A program made the translations under genes and the position numbers. A stretch of 64,000 nucleotides of DNA, from positions 1-64,000 of the IMG/VR virus record IMGVR_UViG_3300028034_000051; one strand, given 5' to 3'. The number at the start of each line of letters is the position of its first letter. Within the stretch, counting starts at the first letter, position 1. Positions 28,917 to 39,140 of this stretch are shown in pieces. The notes beneath the pieces are model-generated. The model had not been told where the DNA came from and made no database searches. It was given only the letters and a program-made list of their open reading frames with translations. This DNA is from a virus.

Positions 28917-29777
28917 CTAACCTGTCAGTAATTCTTCAAGTAACTGATCATTTTCTTTTTCAGCTAAGTTCTCTCTAGCACTCTCCTCAGGTGCTTGAAT
29001 TGGAATAGCCATTTTCTTAATTCTGTCTCTTATCCGAAAGTCGTAAGGTAACTTTTCAATTTTGCAGTTACTGCTGAAAATAGTTACTACGTCATGATTA
29101 AGTCTGTGGTTGAGTATATCAAATAAGTGATCATTAGTGTCTACCTTGATAGATTGCTGCCCCATATCGTCTAGTATGAGTACTTCTACTTTTCTAGCTG
29201 CATCTATCAATTCATGAGTCTTAATCTCTGAATTTCGACTGTAAGTGGCTCTTATAGCATTGAGCAAGTCTCCAGCTGTAGCAAACTTAACTTTAGCACC
29301 ATATCCGTATATCAATTCATTTCCAATAGCTGATATTAACATTGTCTTGCCTGATCCAGCAGTCTCTGAATAGAAATATAACCCTTTTTTCTTACCTTTC
29401 ATCTCTACAAACCTAGAAACATATTGCTTAGCTGCTTTCTTGCATACAGCTGCAAACTTACGTGATTCTATTTTTTGATAATGCTCAGCACTAACTTCAA
29501 AATCTTCTATCCTGGTCTCTTGGAACTTATCCAAAATAGTGGCAAACTCTAGCTTTTTGCTAACTATCCTTGCTTCTCGACATTCACATTCTACTGCTAC
29601 TGTTCGACCATCTTCTTCTGCAATCTTGAAACCAGTACCATCACATTCTCCATAAGGGCAACTATGCTTCTTCGAATCCCATGAGTTCAAATGCTTTCTT
29701 TTGGAGTCTTGCTCCTTCATCTTTTGATTCTTCTCCATTATTCTCGCTATCGTCTCTTGAATTTCGTTCATTATCAC
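28917..29777 (-). CDS. DnaC/IstB-like helicase loader ATPase
   Basis: Zn motif CPYGECDG..CEC, AGSGKT, LILDDMG. Confidence 0.9.
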   Translation of the reverse strand: MIMNEIQETIARIMEKNQKMKEQDSKRKHLNSWDSKKHSCPYGECDGTGFKIAEEDGRTVAVECECREARIVSKKLEFATILDKFQETRIEDFEVSAEHYQKIESRKFAAVCKKAAKQYVSRFVEMKGKKKGLYFYSETAGSGKTMLISAIGNELIYGYGAKVKFATAGDLLNAIRATYSRNSEIKTHELIDAARKVEVLILDDMGQQSIKVDTNDHLFDILNHRLNHDVVTIFSSNCKIEKLPYDFRIRDRIKKMAIPIQAPEESARENLAEKENDQLLEELLTG

Positions 29778-30801
29778 TTCCCCCTTTCAAGACTTCTTTT
29801 GCTTCTTCAATAAAACACTGAACATACTTCCAACTGCCAATGTCTACTCCATTCTTTGGATCACCTCTAGTGTACTTGCCTTGCGATTTCTGACGCATCA
29901 CTGCTAAATCAATAGCTTTCCTAAGTACTTCTGGACTATGTTTTTGCAGATCTTCACTGATCAAATATTCACGGCTAAGAAAATTAACAACTATCTTCTG
30001 TTTAGCATAATCAAGAATTTTTTTGTATGCAGGATGAAAATCGTCATCTTCTTCTGTATCTCTATTATGTAATCTATTACCTTTAACGTTACGTAACGTA
30101 TTTATTTCTTTATTATTAGTTTCTTTAGTACTAGTTTCTTTAGAGCCTCTATGATCAGCGCCATCACTGGGTTCAGAGGATTGTGATGTTAGTGTTTTAC
30201 TAACCTTTTCATCATTACTTGTTAGTGTTTTACTAACCTCATTGTCGTCTTGGGTTAGTATTTTACTAACTTGCTTATCTTCGTTACTTAGTGTTTCACT
30301 AACATTATCACCTGTGTTATTTAGTGTTTTACTAACTTTCTGATGTTCTTCACTTAGTGTTTTACTAACTTTTTTACTACTTAAACTTAGTATTTTACTA
30401 ATATTTTCGTCTGTATTTCCATCTAAATTTGCTTCAAAATCTTCAAATTGACGTTTTAAAATCTTCTTAAAATTGACTTTTCCATTGACTGCTGTCTTTG
30501 ATAATGAGATCCTCCAACGGTCATAATCTTTGTTGAAAGCTATCAAATCATTTGCTTCATCCCAAAATATTACTCTAGTTTCTTTAAGGTAGTTTAGTTC
30601 CTCTGCTATATCAGTTGGATAGATTCCTACTGCTTGAAAGTCACATTTTTTTAATTTGGCAACCTTCTGGTCGAAACCATAACTACATCTCCATATTAAG
30701 AAAAGTATATTATATTGTCTTTTACTAAAGTCTGATTTCATTATTGCTTCTAAAAGTTCATTAGATAACCTTGTAAAGCTATCCGGTTGAGGATTAGCCA
30801 C
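29662..30801 (-). CDS. Replication initiator (lambda O-like N-terminus)
   Basis: MANPQ..FTRLSNELLEA, FNKDYDRW; internal iterons. Confidence 0.85.
   Translation of the reverse strand: MANPQPDSFTRLSNELLEAIMKSDFSKRQYNILFLIWRCSYGFDQKVAKLKKCDFQAVGIYPTDIAEELNYLKETRVIFWDEANDLIAFNKDYDRWRISLSKTAVNGKVNFKKILKRQFEDFEANLDGNTDENISKILSLSSKKVSKTLSEEHQKVSKTLNNTGDNVSETLSNEDKQVSKILTQDDNEVSKTLTSNDEKVSKTLTSQSSEPSDGADHRGSKETSTKETNNKEINTLRNVKGNRLHNRDTEEDDDFHPAYKKILDYAKQKIVVNFLSREYLISEDLQKHSPEVLRKAIDLAVMRQKSQGKYTRGDPKNGVDIGSWKYVQCFIEEAKEVLKGGSDNERNSRDDSENNGEESKDEGARLQKKAFELMGFEEA
30188..30402. repeat. Seven 17-bp palindromic iterons at 33-bp period (putative origin)
   Basis: GTTAGTGTTTTACTAAC variants at 30188, 30221, 30254, 30287, 30320, 30353, 30386. 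Confidence 0.85.
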
Positions 30802-30828
30802 TCATTTCACCTCGCTTATCTGCGAATA

Positions 30829-31530
30829 TTATGCTACAAATACCATCTTGCCTGTTAACTCCTGAATCTCTCGTTTGAACCGTTCTTCATCACTATTCCG
30901 ATCACTAAGATGCAATAAATGAATCTCTTTCACTCGACTTAAATCGTTAACTCTCAAGAAATCTTTCACGTTCTCTAAGCTAAAATGACTCCTAAGTAAT
31001 CTCTTCTTTTGCACCGCTGGAACTCGTCCAGATCTAATATTCTCATCGAGTATGTCTAAAGCATAGTTACACTCGATCATGATATGTGTGAGTCCTGGGA
31101 ACTTGTATCTTAGATAGTATGTATCTGTCGCATATAATAGTTTGTCCCCTGCTTCATTTGCTAGCAAAAAACCCAGAGGTTCCTCTGCATCGTGTTGGAT
31201 TTCAAATGGTACTATCGTCCAGGTTCCTAGCTTGAATTTTCCCTTAGGCTCTATTAACTTAATCCTATGACCATGCTTTTCTGTTGCCCATATTGTTCCC
31301 TCCGACACATAACAATCAATTCCTGTTCTAACTATGTCATCAATACTCTTACAATGGTCCCCATGCTCATGAGTAATAAGACATCCAGCCAGTTCATGAG
31401 TCTTGAAGTTAATCCCTCGCTTAATCTCCTTCATTGATATTCCGCACTCCAGGAGTAAGGGAGTACTACCATCAGTTACATGGTAGCAATTCCCCTTGCT
31501 TCCAGAGGCTAATGTCTTAATCTCTATCAT
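30829..31530 (-). CDS. MBL-fold metallo-hydrolase
   Basis: LASGSKGN, THEHGDH, HD, LLHLS. Confidence 0.9.
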   Translation of the reverse strand: MIEIKTLASGSKGNCYHVTDGSTPLLLECGISMKEIKRGINFKTHELAGCLITHEHGDHCKSIDDIVRTGIDCYVSEGTIWATEKHGHRIKLIEPKGKFKLGTWTIVPFEIQHDAEEPLGFLLANEAGDKLLYATDTYYLRYKFPGLTHIMIECNYALDILDENIRSGRVPAVQKKRLLRSHFSLENVKDFLRVNDLSRVKEIHLLHLSDRNSDEERFKREIQELTGKMVFVA

Positions 31531-31531
31531 C

Positions 31532-32434
31532 TTAGAATCCTGGCCCTTCTGTACCGGTCTTTTTCATATTCATAGTCTCTTCCGTATCTGTGAAAGCAGG
31601 TTGTTCTGTCTCTTGTTCCTCTTCCTGATCTGCATCGTTAGATTCTTCGGTGTCTATATCGATTACTTCACTATTAGCATTTTCATCGACTTCCTTTTGC
31701 ACTTCCTGTTCTGCCTTGGCTTCACCTACGCGATTGAAGCTTTCAATCATAAGATTACTATCGTTAGAAGAGTTAATATAAGCTTTACAAGTTCGATTAA
31801 TGACTGTTTTCTTGGCCATCTCTTCTGTAAACTTATTATGAGGACTACCTCCACCTTCTTTGTAAGTCTGACCTTGCTTCCAAGACTGCTTAATTTGGTC
31901 CATAGTCATTATATCTACATAATCAGGTCTTTCATCTGGGAAAGTAATTACTGCATAAGCTCCAAGCGGTTCCCCATCAACTTTATTAGCAAAACTCTGC
32001 TTATGCTTAGTGATCACCTTCCTCCCTCTTTCAATCTCATACTCGAAATCATCACCCTTATATATAATCTGAGCATATACATCTTCAGCACCGGCAAACT
32101 GCTTAGTAACTGCTATAGTACCAAAATATGATCTCATACAGACTAATTTATTTCCGTATGCTACAAAATAACACTGATTCTTAGCTGGATTCAATCCTTG
32201 TACAGCCATATCTAATAATGAGTTGGCTATACTGTCTCTGCTACAAGATTGAAGCACTGGTTTACCACTTTTATTTTTAGTACTCTGCAACTCTAACCAA
32301 GCACTCTTCATGGCGTTCTCTACACTATAATTAGGTGGAAGGTCAATCTCACCGCCCTCTTGGAACTCTCTAATCCTTTCTGTGACTACATCAACTGTGT
32401 CTTTCTTAATCATTGCTAATTCGTTATTACTCAT
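31532..32434 (-). CDS. recT: RecT-family recombinase
   Basis: GLNPAKNQCYFVAY, EEMAKKTVI. Confidence 0.9.
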   Translation of the reverse strand: MSNNELAMIKKDTVDVVTERIREFQEGGEIDLPPNYSVENAMKSAWLELQSTKNKSGKPVLQSCSRDSIANSLLDMAVQGLNPAKNQCYFVAYGNKLVCMRSYFGTIAVTKQFAGAEDVYAQIIYKGDDFEYEIERGRKVITKHKQSFANKVDGEPLGAYAVITFPDERPDYVDIMTMDQIKQSWKQGQTYKEGGGSPHNKFTEEMAKKTVINRTCKAYINSSNDSNLMIESFNRVGEAKAEQEVQKEVDENANSEVIDIDTEESNDADQEEEQETEQPAFTDTEETMNMKKTGTEGPGF

Positions 32435-32619
32435 TATCTAATTCCTCCTCAATTTTAATTTTAGATATTTGATATCTAGCTCTTAATTTATGACCTTTGC
32501 TAATAGCAGTGTAAATGCTTCCAATTCCCTGTATATTTCGCAATATCTTTCGCTTGTTCAAAAATACCTACACACTGATTTTTGTTCTTGATGTCATATA
32601 GGCCATATACTTCTTCCAT
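32427..32619 (-). pseudogene. Small frameshifted ORF
   Basis: MEEVYGLYD..YTG stops early; +1 frame continues GSIYTAISKG.. to a stop overlapping the recT start. Confidence 0.45.
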
Positions 32620-32634
32620 AAAAATCACCTCATA

Positions 32635-34623
32635 TTATATAGCCTCCTTCAGCTCTTCACGCTCAACTCTTAGTTCCTTATCTTGCTTGCTAACTATTAA
32701 GCTAATAAGCTGACTATTAACATCTATCAACTCGGTAACACTCTCACGATTGTCGATGAAGATTGGAGCTTGGAATTGGTGATGCTTCGACAAAGTATTA
32801 ATAATATCTAATCCAACATTGATGCAGGCCCCATTGTTCAAGCCTGTGCCATAAGGAACTCCTTGGTATAATGTCTGGCATACTTCTTTCAATCCTCCAT
32901 TAATCTGCTCTTCAAATAATTTGAAATGAGCGTGATCAAACTCATCATTAATCTTCTCTTCCAACATGTTAACTTTGCACCTGGTGAACTCTTCGCAAAG
33001 ATACATCTGCTCTTCCATCTTGCTATATTCAGCTGCAAGTTCTTTCTCCTTAGCTTTGAGTTCTTCGATTCGCTCTTGGGCCTTCTCATACTGCTCAATG
33101 TCATTCAGCTTGCTCTGTAGCTCATCTATCTGCTCCTCTATACCATCTACTTCTTTCTCGATAGCTCTAATCTTCTGGAACCTATCTCGCTTCAATCCTT
33201 CGATGTCCTGCTTAATTTGCTCTTTCTCTTCGAGCTTCTCTTGGTATGTATCTGACTCTTGGTAAGCCTTGGCTTTTTCTTTCAAGCTCTCGATTTCTTT
33301 CTTGATCTGCTCTGCTTTCTCGTTGCAATCTGTTTTCTGGTCCTCTAATGACTCAATCCCTTCTCTTAATCTTTTATTCTCTGACATGAGCTTTTCACTC
33401 TTCTGCTTGATCTGCTTGCCTTCAGCATTAATGCTTTCTAGAGTGTCTGACTTCTCTTGATTGAAATCTGCTCTTGCCTTATCTCTAGCTTCCTGTAATT
33501 GCTCCTGAGGGATATCCTGCCCGCAAGTAGGACAAACCTCTTTCTGGTCAAAATCAAACTCTCTGTCATCGACCTCATACCATTTCTCTCGAAGTTTTTC
33601 AGCTTTCTCTTCTAACTCTTCAATCTTAGAATCATTATCTGCTTCATCTTCAGCTTTAGAACTTATTTCACGCTCCAAAGCCCTGAATTCATCTCGTGCC
33701 TTCTCCAATTCATCCTTCTTAGCTTCTATCTTATCCTCAAATTCAGCTCGATGATTATTCTTGATATTCAACAATTCAGTCTCTATTTCAGCAAGTCTCT
33801 TTTGCTTCTCAGCGACTTCACCACCACTTTCAATCCTGTTAATCTGCTGCTCTTTCTGCTTCTTCTCCTGCTCCAGGTCCGCAATTTTCAGTGTTATCTC
33901 TTTCTTATCGAGATCTGAAATATCCGGCAATCCCTGGGTCACTTCATCTATTCGGACCGGTAGCTTGTCTAATTGTCTGTTAATCTCTTTTTTCTTAGCT
34001 GCTACTACTTTCTTGTGATCCTCTAGGCTTCGCTCTTCTAGAATATCCTGTAATTTCTCAAGCTGACTATTAGAATCTATCACCTCCTGATCATCAACGT
34101 CTCCACAGACTTCAAGCAATATTTCACGTCTATCTTGCCAATGCAGCTGTTCATTGAAGTAGCTCGGATTAGTTAATAGTTTGAAAATATCTTCATCGAT
34201 AATCTCGCTAATCCGCTGATCATACTCTGATTTCTTAACCGGTACCCCATTAAGAGCATAATCTGTAGTGTGTCCTGTGAACTTCTTTTCAGCTGATCCA
34301 CGCTTCTTGGTCCACTTTTCGTAGTAAGTCTTCTTAAGTGTTAGTTTGCTTCCATTGATTTCAAGAATTGCTTCTACTTCATGATCCAGGCCATGAATTA
34401 CTTCTCCAGACTCATTCAGAGTCTTGATATCAAATTTCTGAGTACTATTGTCTTTCGAGTCTTTGTCGAATAGTAACCAGGTGAACGAATCGAATAAAGT
34501 TGTTTTGCCTGCGCCATTATCTCCATACACCTTTACATTTGCCCCTCGAGTATCAAGACAAAATTCCTTGATACCTTTGAAGTTCTTAAGCTTAAGCTGA
34601 AGGAGCTTGATTTCTTTAGTCAT
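32635..34623 (-). CDS. SbcC/Rad50-like ATPase
   Basis: LKNFKG, GDNGAGKTT, CPTC hook within coiled coil, IFIDN. Confidence 0.88.
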   Translation of the reverse strand: MTKEIKLLQLKLKNFKGIKEFCLDTRGANVKVYGDNGAGKTTLFDSFTWLLFDKDSKDNSTQKFDIKTLNESGEVIHGLDHEVEAILEINGSKLTLKKTYYEKWTKKRGSAEKKFTGHTTDYALNGVPVKKSEYDQRISEIIDEDIFKLLTNPSYFNEQLHWQDRREILLEVCGDVDDQEVIDSNSQLEKLQDILEERSLEDHKKVVAAKKKEINRQLDKLPVRIDEVTQGLPDISDLDKKEITLKIADLEQEKKQKEQQINRIESGGEVAEKQKRLAEIETELLNIKNNHRAEFEDKIEAKKDELEKARDEFRALEREISSKAEDEADNDSKIEELEEKAEKLREKWYEVDDREFDFDQKEVCPTCGQDIPQEQLQEARDKARADFNQEKSDTLESINAEGKQIKQKSEKLMSENKRLREGIESLEDQKTDCNEKAEQIKKEIESLKEKAKAYQESDTYQEKLEEKEQIKQDIEGLKRDRFQKIRAIEKEVDGIEEQIDELQSKLNDIEQYEKAQERIEELKAKEKELAAEYSKMEEQMYLCEEFTRCKVNMLEEKINDEFDHAHFKLFEEQINGGLKEVCQTLYQGVPYGTGLNNGACINVGLDIINTLSKHHQFQAPIFIDNRESVTELIDVNSQLISLIVSKQDKELRVEREELKEAI

Positions 34624-34773
34624 CTATACCACCTCTCCTTGAAATTCAAGCCAACATTTATAACTACAGCAACATTCCCATTGATTATTAATATACTCTG
34701 GTACTCCTTCACCAGCATCAAAAGCAAATCCGCAATTAACACAAGTTTTTGTTGTTTCTTCTGTATCAACCAT

Positions 34774-35199
34774 TTATACCGCCACCTTCTTATCTGTAAT
34801 TTCTTCTTTAGGACGCTGCTCGATTATTTCCCAAGTGTATGTTTGTCCTAAAAAGCTGATAACAAAAATATACTTAGTTCCTATTTCAGAATCTATCTTG
34901 ATCACACTCTCGATCTTCTCTCTACCTATTGGATAACCACACATTAGAATAAGCTTCTCCATAAACAACTCTTCATTTTCAACAGCTTGTCTCTTAGGAC
35001 CAAACAATTGATTAATGATGTATCCTTTCTTTTTGATCTCTTGCAACATTTCTTCAATATCAAATGATAATATATTACCTTCGATTACTTTGTTGAAACT
35101 CTTAACTCCAGCTTTAACTTGCATGTAATTAACGAATCTAACTGATGTTACTCTATCCATAATCTCTTGAGCACTTTCTAATCTTCTCGGTGTTTCCAT
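34774..35199 (-). CDS. Hypothetical phage protein
   Basis: ORF with RBS AGGAGG. Confidence 0.55.
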   Translation of the reverse strand: METPRRLESAQEIMDRVTSVRFVNYMQVKAGVKSFNKVIEGNILSFDIEEMLQEIKKKGYIINQLFGPKRQAVENEELFMEKLILMCGYPIGREKIESVIKIDSEIGTKYIFVISFLGQTYTWEIIEQRPKEEITDKKVAV

Positions 35200-35241
35200 T
35201 GATAATCGACCTCCTATATGGTATAATTAAATATAAGTTAA

Positions 35242-35787
35242 TTAAATATTCTTTCTTGCAAGAGCTCCATTGCCGTGGAGCTTTTTTTCATTTCTAAGCC
35301 TAATCCTATCCAGTAATACTTCAAACGTCTCAGCAAATCTAATCATTGTAAACTGTACTCCTGGAGAAACATCATAGATCTGCTCTAATTCATCCATCAT
35401 TCTTTCAAACTCTTGCTCTGTCAAATCATCTCTGCTTGTCTTATTTGTTATACCCATTGTTAACAGTTTGTCTATTGCTTCTATACCTTCAACCATCTCT
35501 TCTCTTAACTTAGCCAATACTGCAATAGGGTTATCATTAGCTCCATCCATATAAGGCGCTGTAAATATATTAGAATCACATTCTTGACACCTTTCTATTG
35601 GTAGTCTCCAGCTCTGTAACTTCTTAACTGCTTTCTTGATCACTACATCTGGTATATCAATTTCTCTTCGTTCCATGCCTGAAACAGCACTCTTTGAGTA
35701 CCCTAATATTCTGCCTAACTCTGTCTGAGAAAGCCCTCTCTGCTTTCTAGTTTCCTTTAATACTGTTGCTACACACATCATTGTCAC
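35242..35787 (-). CDS. XRE-family HTH regulator
   Basis: RKQRGLSQTELG..SAVSGMER. Confidence 0.75.
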   Translation of the reverse strand: MTMMCVATVLKETRKQRGLSQTELGRILGYSKSAVSGMERREIDIPDVVIKKAVKKLQSWRLPIERCQECDSNIFTAPYMDGANDNPIAVLAKLREEMVEGIEAIDKLLTMGITNKTSRDDLTEQEFERMMDELEQIYDVSPGVQFTMIRFAETFEVLLDRIRLRNEKKLHGNGALARKNI

Positions 35788-36006
35788 CTCACTTTCAATT
35801 TGACATTAGCCTTGTCAATAACTTATAGATGTTACACCTCAATCTTGCTATAATTAACATAGAAGATAAAAATTACATATTTGGATCACGTAAGAAATCT
35901 TGAAACTTTGGATAATGCACTACTAAATGCCACATCATCATATTCCAACTCACCTACTTCACCTCCCTTCAAAGCCTGTACACTTTCTTTCCGAGGTTAG
36001 TTCCCA

Positions 36007-36294
36007 CTAGCCCACAACTTTCATTCTTTCCTCAAAATCCTGTGTATCACTCGCTTCCTTGCTAATCCACTCAATCAGCTCTCGCTTTGGCAACAGCTTT
36101 CGATCTCCAATCATTAGATGCGGTATTCTATCCTGCTTGATTAGTTCATATATTGTAGCTTTGCTTACTCCTAACATTTCTTTTGCTTCTTTCACACTTA
36201 TCAGCTTCTGCTCAGTCTTTGGATCAGTTGAAGCATTCTTGACTTCTTCTCTGAGTAATCTTAGTTCTTGTAATATTTCCTCCATAACTCCCAT
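36007..36294 (-). CDS. xis: Excisionase-like HTH protein
   Basis: LISVKEAKEMLGVSKATIYELI..IP. Confidence 0.75.
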   Translation of the reverse strand: MGVMEEILQELRLLREEVKNASTDPKTEQKLISVKEAKEMLGVSKATIYELIKQDRIPHLMIGDRKLLPKRELIEWISKEASDTQDFEERMKVVG

Positions 36295-36297
36295 TGC

Positions 36298-36462
36298 TTA
36301 TTCACCTCCTTGGTCCCAATTTATTTCATCATATCCCTTTCTTTCGAAAGTTTTGCCAATCTGCTCCTTGAAATCTTCAGCTGCATCTTCTCCAAGAGTC
36401 TCTTTCATGTCTTCATACATTGATCGTAATAAGCTATCTGATAGATCGTTATCCAGTACCAT
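36298..36462 (-). CDS. Small acidic hypothetical protein, absent from ORF track
   Basis: Open frame filling the gap in the early operon; start uncertain. Confidence 0.45.
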   Translation of the reverse strand: MVLDNDLSDSLLRSMYEDMKETLGEDAAEDFKEQIGKTFERKGYDEINWDQGGE

Positions 36463-36634
36463 CACCTCCTTCGAAGTCTTGAAATATCCTCAGTAGATCA
36501 CAACCATCTGACTCAGCTTTCCGATTCATATAGAAATCATTAGCTTCCATTTCATTTTCAAAAACATGAACCTCATCATTGTAGATCACTATCCAATTAG
36601 CAGTTCCGACATCTGCATCATGCTCAATGAACAT
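36449..36634 (-). CDS. Hypothetical protein
   Basis: RBS AAGGAG. Confidence 0.5.
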   Translation of the reverse strand: MFIEHDADVGTANWIVIYNDEVHVFENEMEANDFYMNRKAESDGCDLLRIFQDFEGGDGTG

Positions 36635-36732
36635 TATCTATTCTCCTTTCACGCTGATTCTGGTATTTCTGTGGGTTGCAGGTCTTCTATTCCCTTCTCT
36701 CGAAAGTTTATCGTAGAAAGGAGGTGCAACCT

Positions 36733-36975
36733 ATGTTTGAATTCGACTTCGAAAAAGAATTTAACAAAGAAATTGCTAGTCATTTTGAAGATTTCATCAC
36801 ATTATCTAAGCAAATACCCATCTTATATGAAGAAAATCAAAAGTCAGTAGAACATTTTTCTGAACAAGCAATGCAAGAGTTTAGTGAACTTTATAGTAAA
36901 ATATGTGCCAATGTCTTAGAACAATACCACACTGATTTAATACACTTCTTAGAAGAAAAATTTGAAACTAAATAA
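36733..36975 (+). CDS. Antisense-oriented accessory protein (80 aa)
   Basis: RBS AAAGGAGGTG, ATG at 36733, hairpin 36981..37014 downstream. Confidence 0.7.
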   Translation: MFEFDFEKEFNKEIASHFEDFITLSKQIPILYEENQKSVEHFSEQAMQEFSELYSKICANVLEQYHTDLIHFLEEKFETK

Positions 36976-37000
36976 CATTCTAACTCTGTCTTAGCCCCAA

Positions 37001-37141
37001 CTAAGGCAGAGTTACTTCTACTTCTATATCTCTAAGTTCCTTTGTTAATCTCTCCAACTTGATTAAAGTTTCTCTTATTTCTTTGGTCTTCTCCTCCAAC
37101 TCCTTAACTGCTTCTGACTTAGACTTTACTTTTACTTTCAT
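37001..37141 (-). CDS. Small coiled-coil protein (46 aa), absent from ORF track
   Basis: RBS GGAGGTG; MKVKVKSKSEAVKELEEK.. Confidence 0.55.
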   Translation of the reverse strand: MKVKVKSKSEAVKELEEKTKEIRETLIKLERLTKELRDIEVEVTLP

Positions 37142-37218
37142 ACTCTCTCACCTCCTCACGCTGATTCTGGTATTTCTGTGGGTTGTATTGACTATAAAGT
37201 AGTCAATAAGTTACTTGT

Positions 37219-37431
37219 TTAAGCTGTTTTGTCTATTTCTGGGACATTAGTGTTCAAAAAAATATCTTTTCCTAATAAATCCATCATCCTAACAAAAAGC
37301 TCAAAAGAAGGGTTTTTGCCAGATTCTATATTAGCATAATGAGAACGGCTTATCTCTAAAAGGTCAGCCATTTCTTCCTGAGTCATATCTAAATCATCTC
37401 TAACTTTCTTTAATATATCTCCTACATCCAT
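37219..37431 (-). CDS. Cro-like XRE repressor
   Basis: MTQEEMA..SRSHYANIESG; divergent from CI-like gene. Confidence 0.85.
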   Translation of the reverse strand: MDVGDILKKVRDDLDMTQEEMADLLEISRSHYANIESGKNPSFELFVRMMDLLGKDIFLNTNVPEIDKTA

Positions 37432-37557
37432 GAAAAGCCCTCCTTTCTCTTAACTTACTATTATTATAGTTTATTTTCGGGACATTGTCAAGTTTAAAAA
37501 CAAAAAAAGTCGATAATCAGAACAAAAGTTTATTTTAAGGACATTATATTATATAAT
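37230..37557. promoter_or_regulatory. Lysis/lysogeny switch: four 17-bp operators and divergent promoters
   Basis: WGTY-N9-RACA at 37230, 37468, 37508, 37527; minus-strand TTGACA-17-TATAAT (37491..37463); plus-strand TATAAT at 37552. Confidence 0.75.
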
Positions 37558-37585
37558 AGAACCGAGTTAAAGGAGGTAGTTTAAA

Positions 37586-37981
37586 TTGGAATTTGGCAAA
37601 AGGCTAAAAAAACTAAGAAAAGAATCAAAATTAACTCAGCAAGAATTGGCCGATAAATTAAATATAAAAAGATCTACGCTAGCCGGCTACGAATCAGGTA
37701 AACAACCATCATACGAAACTCTAGTTAAACTTTCTGATATATTTAATGTCTCAGTAGACTATATACTAGGAGACACAGACGAACGTAAAAAAGCAGATCA
37801 CATCAAAGCTGCACTATCAGATGATCCAGAACTACTTGAGTTCTGGGATGAGATGAATGAAAGAGAAGATCTTAGAATGTATTTCAAGAAATGCAGTGAA
37901 CTTAGCCCTGAAACAATCAAAAAGCTCATTCATATCTCCAAAGTTTTCGAGGAAGAAGAAAGAGAGCGACATGGAGGATGA
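37586..37981 (+). CDS. CI/ImmR-like XRE repressor
   Basis: LTQQELA..YESG..VSVDYILG. Confidence 0.9.
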   Translation: MEFGKRLKKLRKESKLTQQELADKLNIKRSTLAGYESGKQPSYETLVKLSDIFNVSVDYILGDTDERKKADHIKAALSDDPELLEFWDEMNEREDLRMYFKKCSELSPETIKKLIHISKVFEEEERERHGG

Positions 37982-38298
37982 GCTTGGCTAAATCTCTGGG
38001 CTTACCTAGCAATTTAGACAAGCTACATGAATGGGCTAGTTTACATAATATTTACATTGCTACAGAAAACTTTGATCTAGAACTTTGGGGATATGCAACT
38101 AAATCTGACTACGATTCATATTTAGTGTTAATTAACAATCGTCTTTGTTATGAAATGCAACAAAAAGTATTAATGCATGAACTAGTACATATTCTAAAAC
38201 ATTCTCCAGGAAGTCATCCTATCTACAAGGATCAGTATGACATCGAAAAAGAAGCAGATGAATTAGCTGAAAAGATTATCAAAGATGCAAGTGGTTGA
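37978..38298 (+). CDS. ImmA/IrrE-like metallopeptidase (anti-repressor)
   Basis: HELVH and EKEAD; coupled to repressor. Confidence 0.85.
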   Translation: MSLAKSLGLPSNLDKLHEWASLHNIYIATENFDLELWGYATKSDYDSYLVLINNRLCYEMQQKVLMHELVHILKHSPGSHPIYKDQYDIEKEADELAEKIIKDASG

Positions 38299-38351
38299 TT
38301 TTTTATTTTGCTTTGCTCAGAAATATTTAGTAATATGACTAAATTAAGGAG

Positions 38352-39140
38352 GTGGTTTTAATTAAGTGTACTAAATGTGGTCAAGAAATAAATGATAATT
38401 CTAAATTTTGTCAGTATTGTGGCGCTAGACTTTATAGCACTAAAAATAATAATGAAAAATGGTACCAAAAAAAGGGTTGGATTATTGCATTATTATTTTT
38501 GTTTTTTCCTGCTGGTTTATTTTTAATGTGGAAATCAAATAAATTTAATAAAACAACTAAAATATTGGTTGCCATATTTTTTGTCTTTATGTTTATTATT
38601 ACTCCTGCTAGCCAAGAAAAGCAAAATATTAATCAAGCAAATAAAACAACAGTAGAAAACAAATCAAAAACTAATAAAAAGTCTACTTTGAATAAAGTTA
38701 ATAATAAAAATCATAAAGTCAACCCAACCGATATGACAATAGATGAGTATACTACTTATTTAGTTAATAATACAATAGGCAAAACTACTAACATGGGTAA
38801 TACTACTTTAATAAAACACACATATTCTAAAAATGATAACGAATTATTTTTAGAGTTATACGCTAATGAAAACTTTAGTTCAAATATGACTCGAAGAGGG
38901 ATCATTATGGATAGTAAAGATATATTTAAAAAATTCTTCAATGACCGAAAAGATGTACGTAGTTTAGTACTTGGATGGTACTTAACTTTAGTTGACCAAA
39001 GAGGAAATGAAAAACTAAGCAGAGTGTTATTAATAGATATGACTAAAAGCAACGCTAACACTATTAATTGGAGTAATGTAATAACTGACAATATACCTGT
39101 AATCGCTAACCATTATTGGGTTCATCCTGCTTTAAAATAA
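38352..39140 (+). CDS. Zinc-ribbon membrane protein with extracytoplasmic domain (possible superinfection exclusion)
   Basis: CTKC..FCQYCG, TM helices, low-complexity linker; lysogeny operon; RBS spacing favours ATT at 38361. Confidence 0.6.
   Translation: MVLIKCTKCGQEINDNSKFCQYCGARLYSTKNNNEKWYQKKGWIIALLFLFFPAGLFLMWKSNKFNKTTKILVAIFFVFMFIITPASQEKQNINQANKTTVENKSKTNKKSTLNKVNNKNHKVNPTDMTIDEYTTYLVNNTIGKTTNMGNTTLIKHTYSKNDNELFLELYANENFSSNMTRRGIIMDSKDIFKKFFNDRKDVRSLVLGWYLTLVDQRGNEKLSRVLLIDMTKSNANTINWSNVITDNIPVIANHYWVHPALK

Larger units (their letters stand above)
36649..37185. repeat. 30-bp direct repeats (36649..36678, 37156..37185) bounding a two-gene cassette
   Basis: TCACGCTGATTCTGGTATTTCTGTGGGTTG present twice. 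Confidence 0.9.

Noticed and set aside
30188-30402. CRISPR array
   Set aside because: 17-bp repeats with 16-bp spacers inside a coding gene; no cas genes
35800-35818. TTGACA-N7-TGTCAA palindrome
   Set aside because: Single copy with no matched -10 or second site; function unsupported
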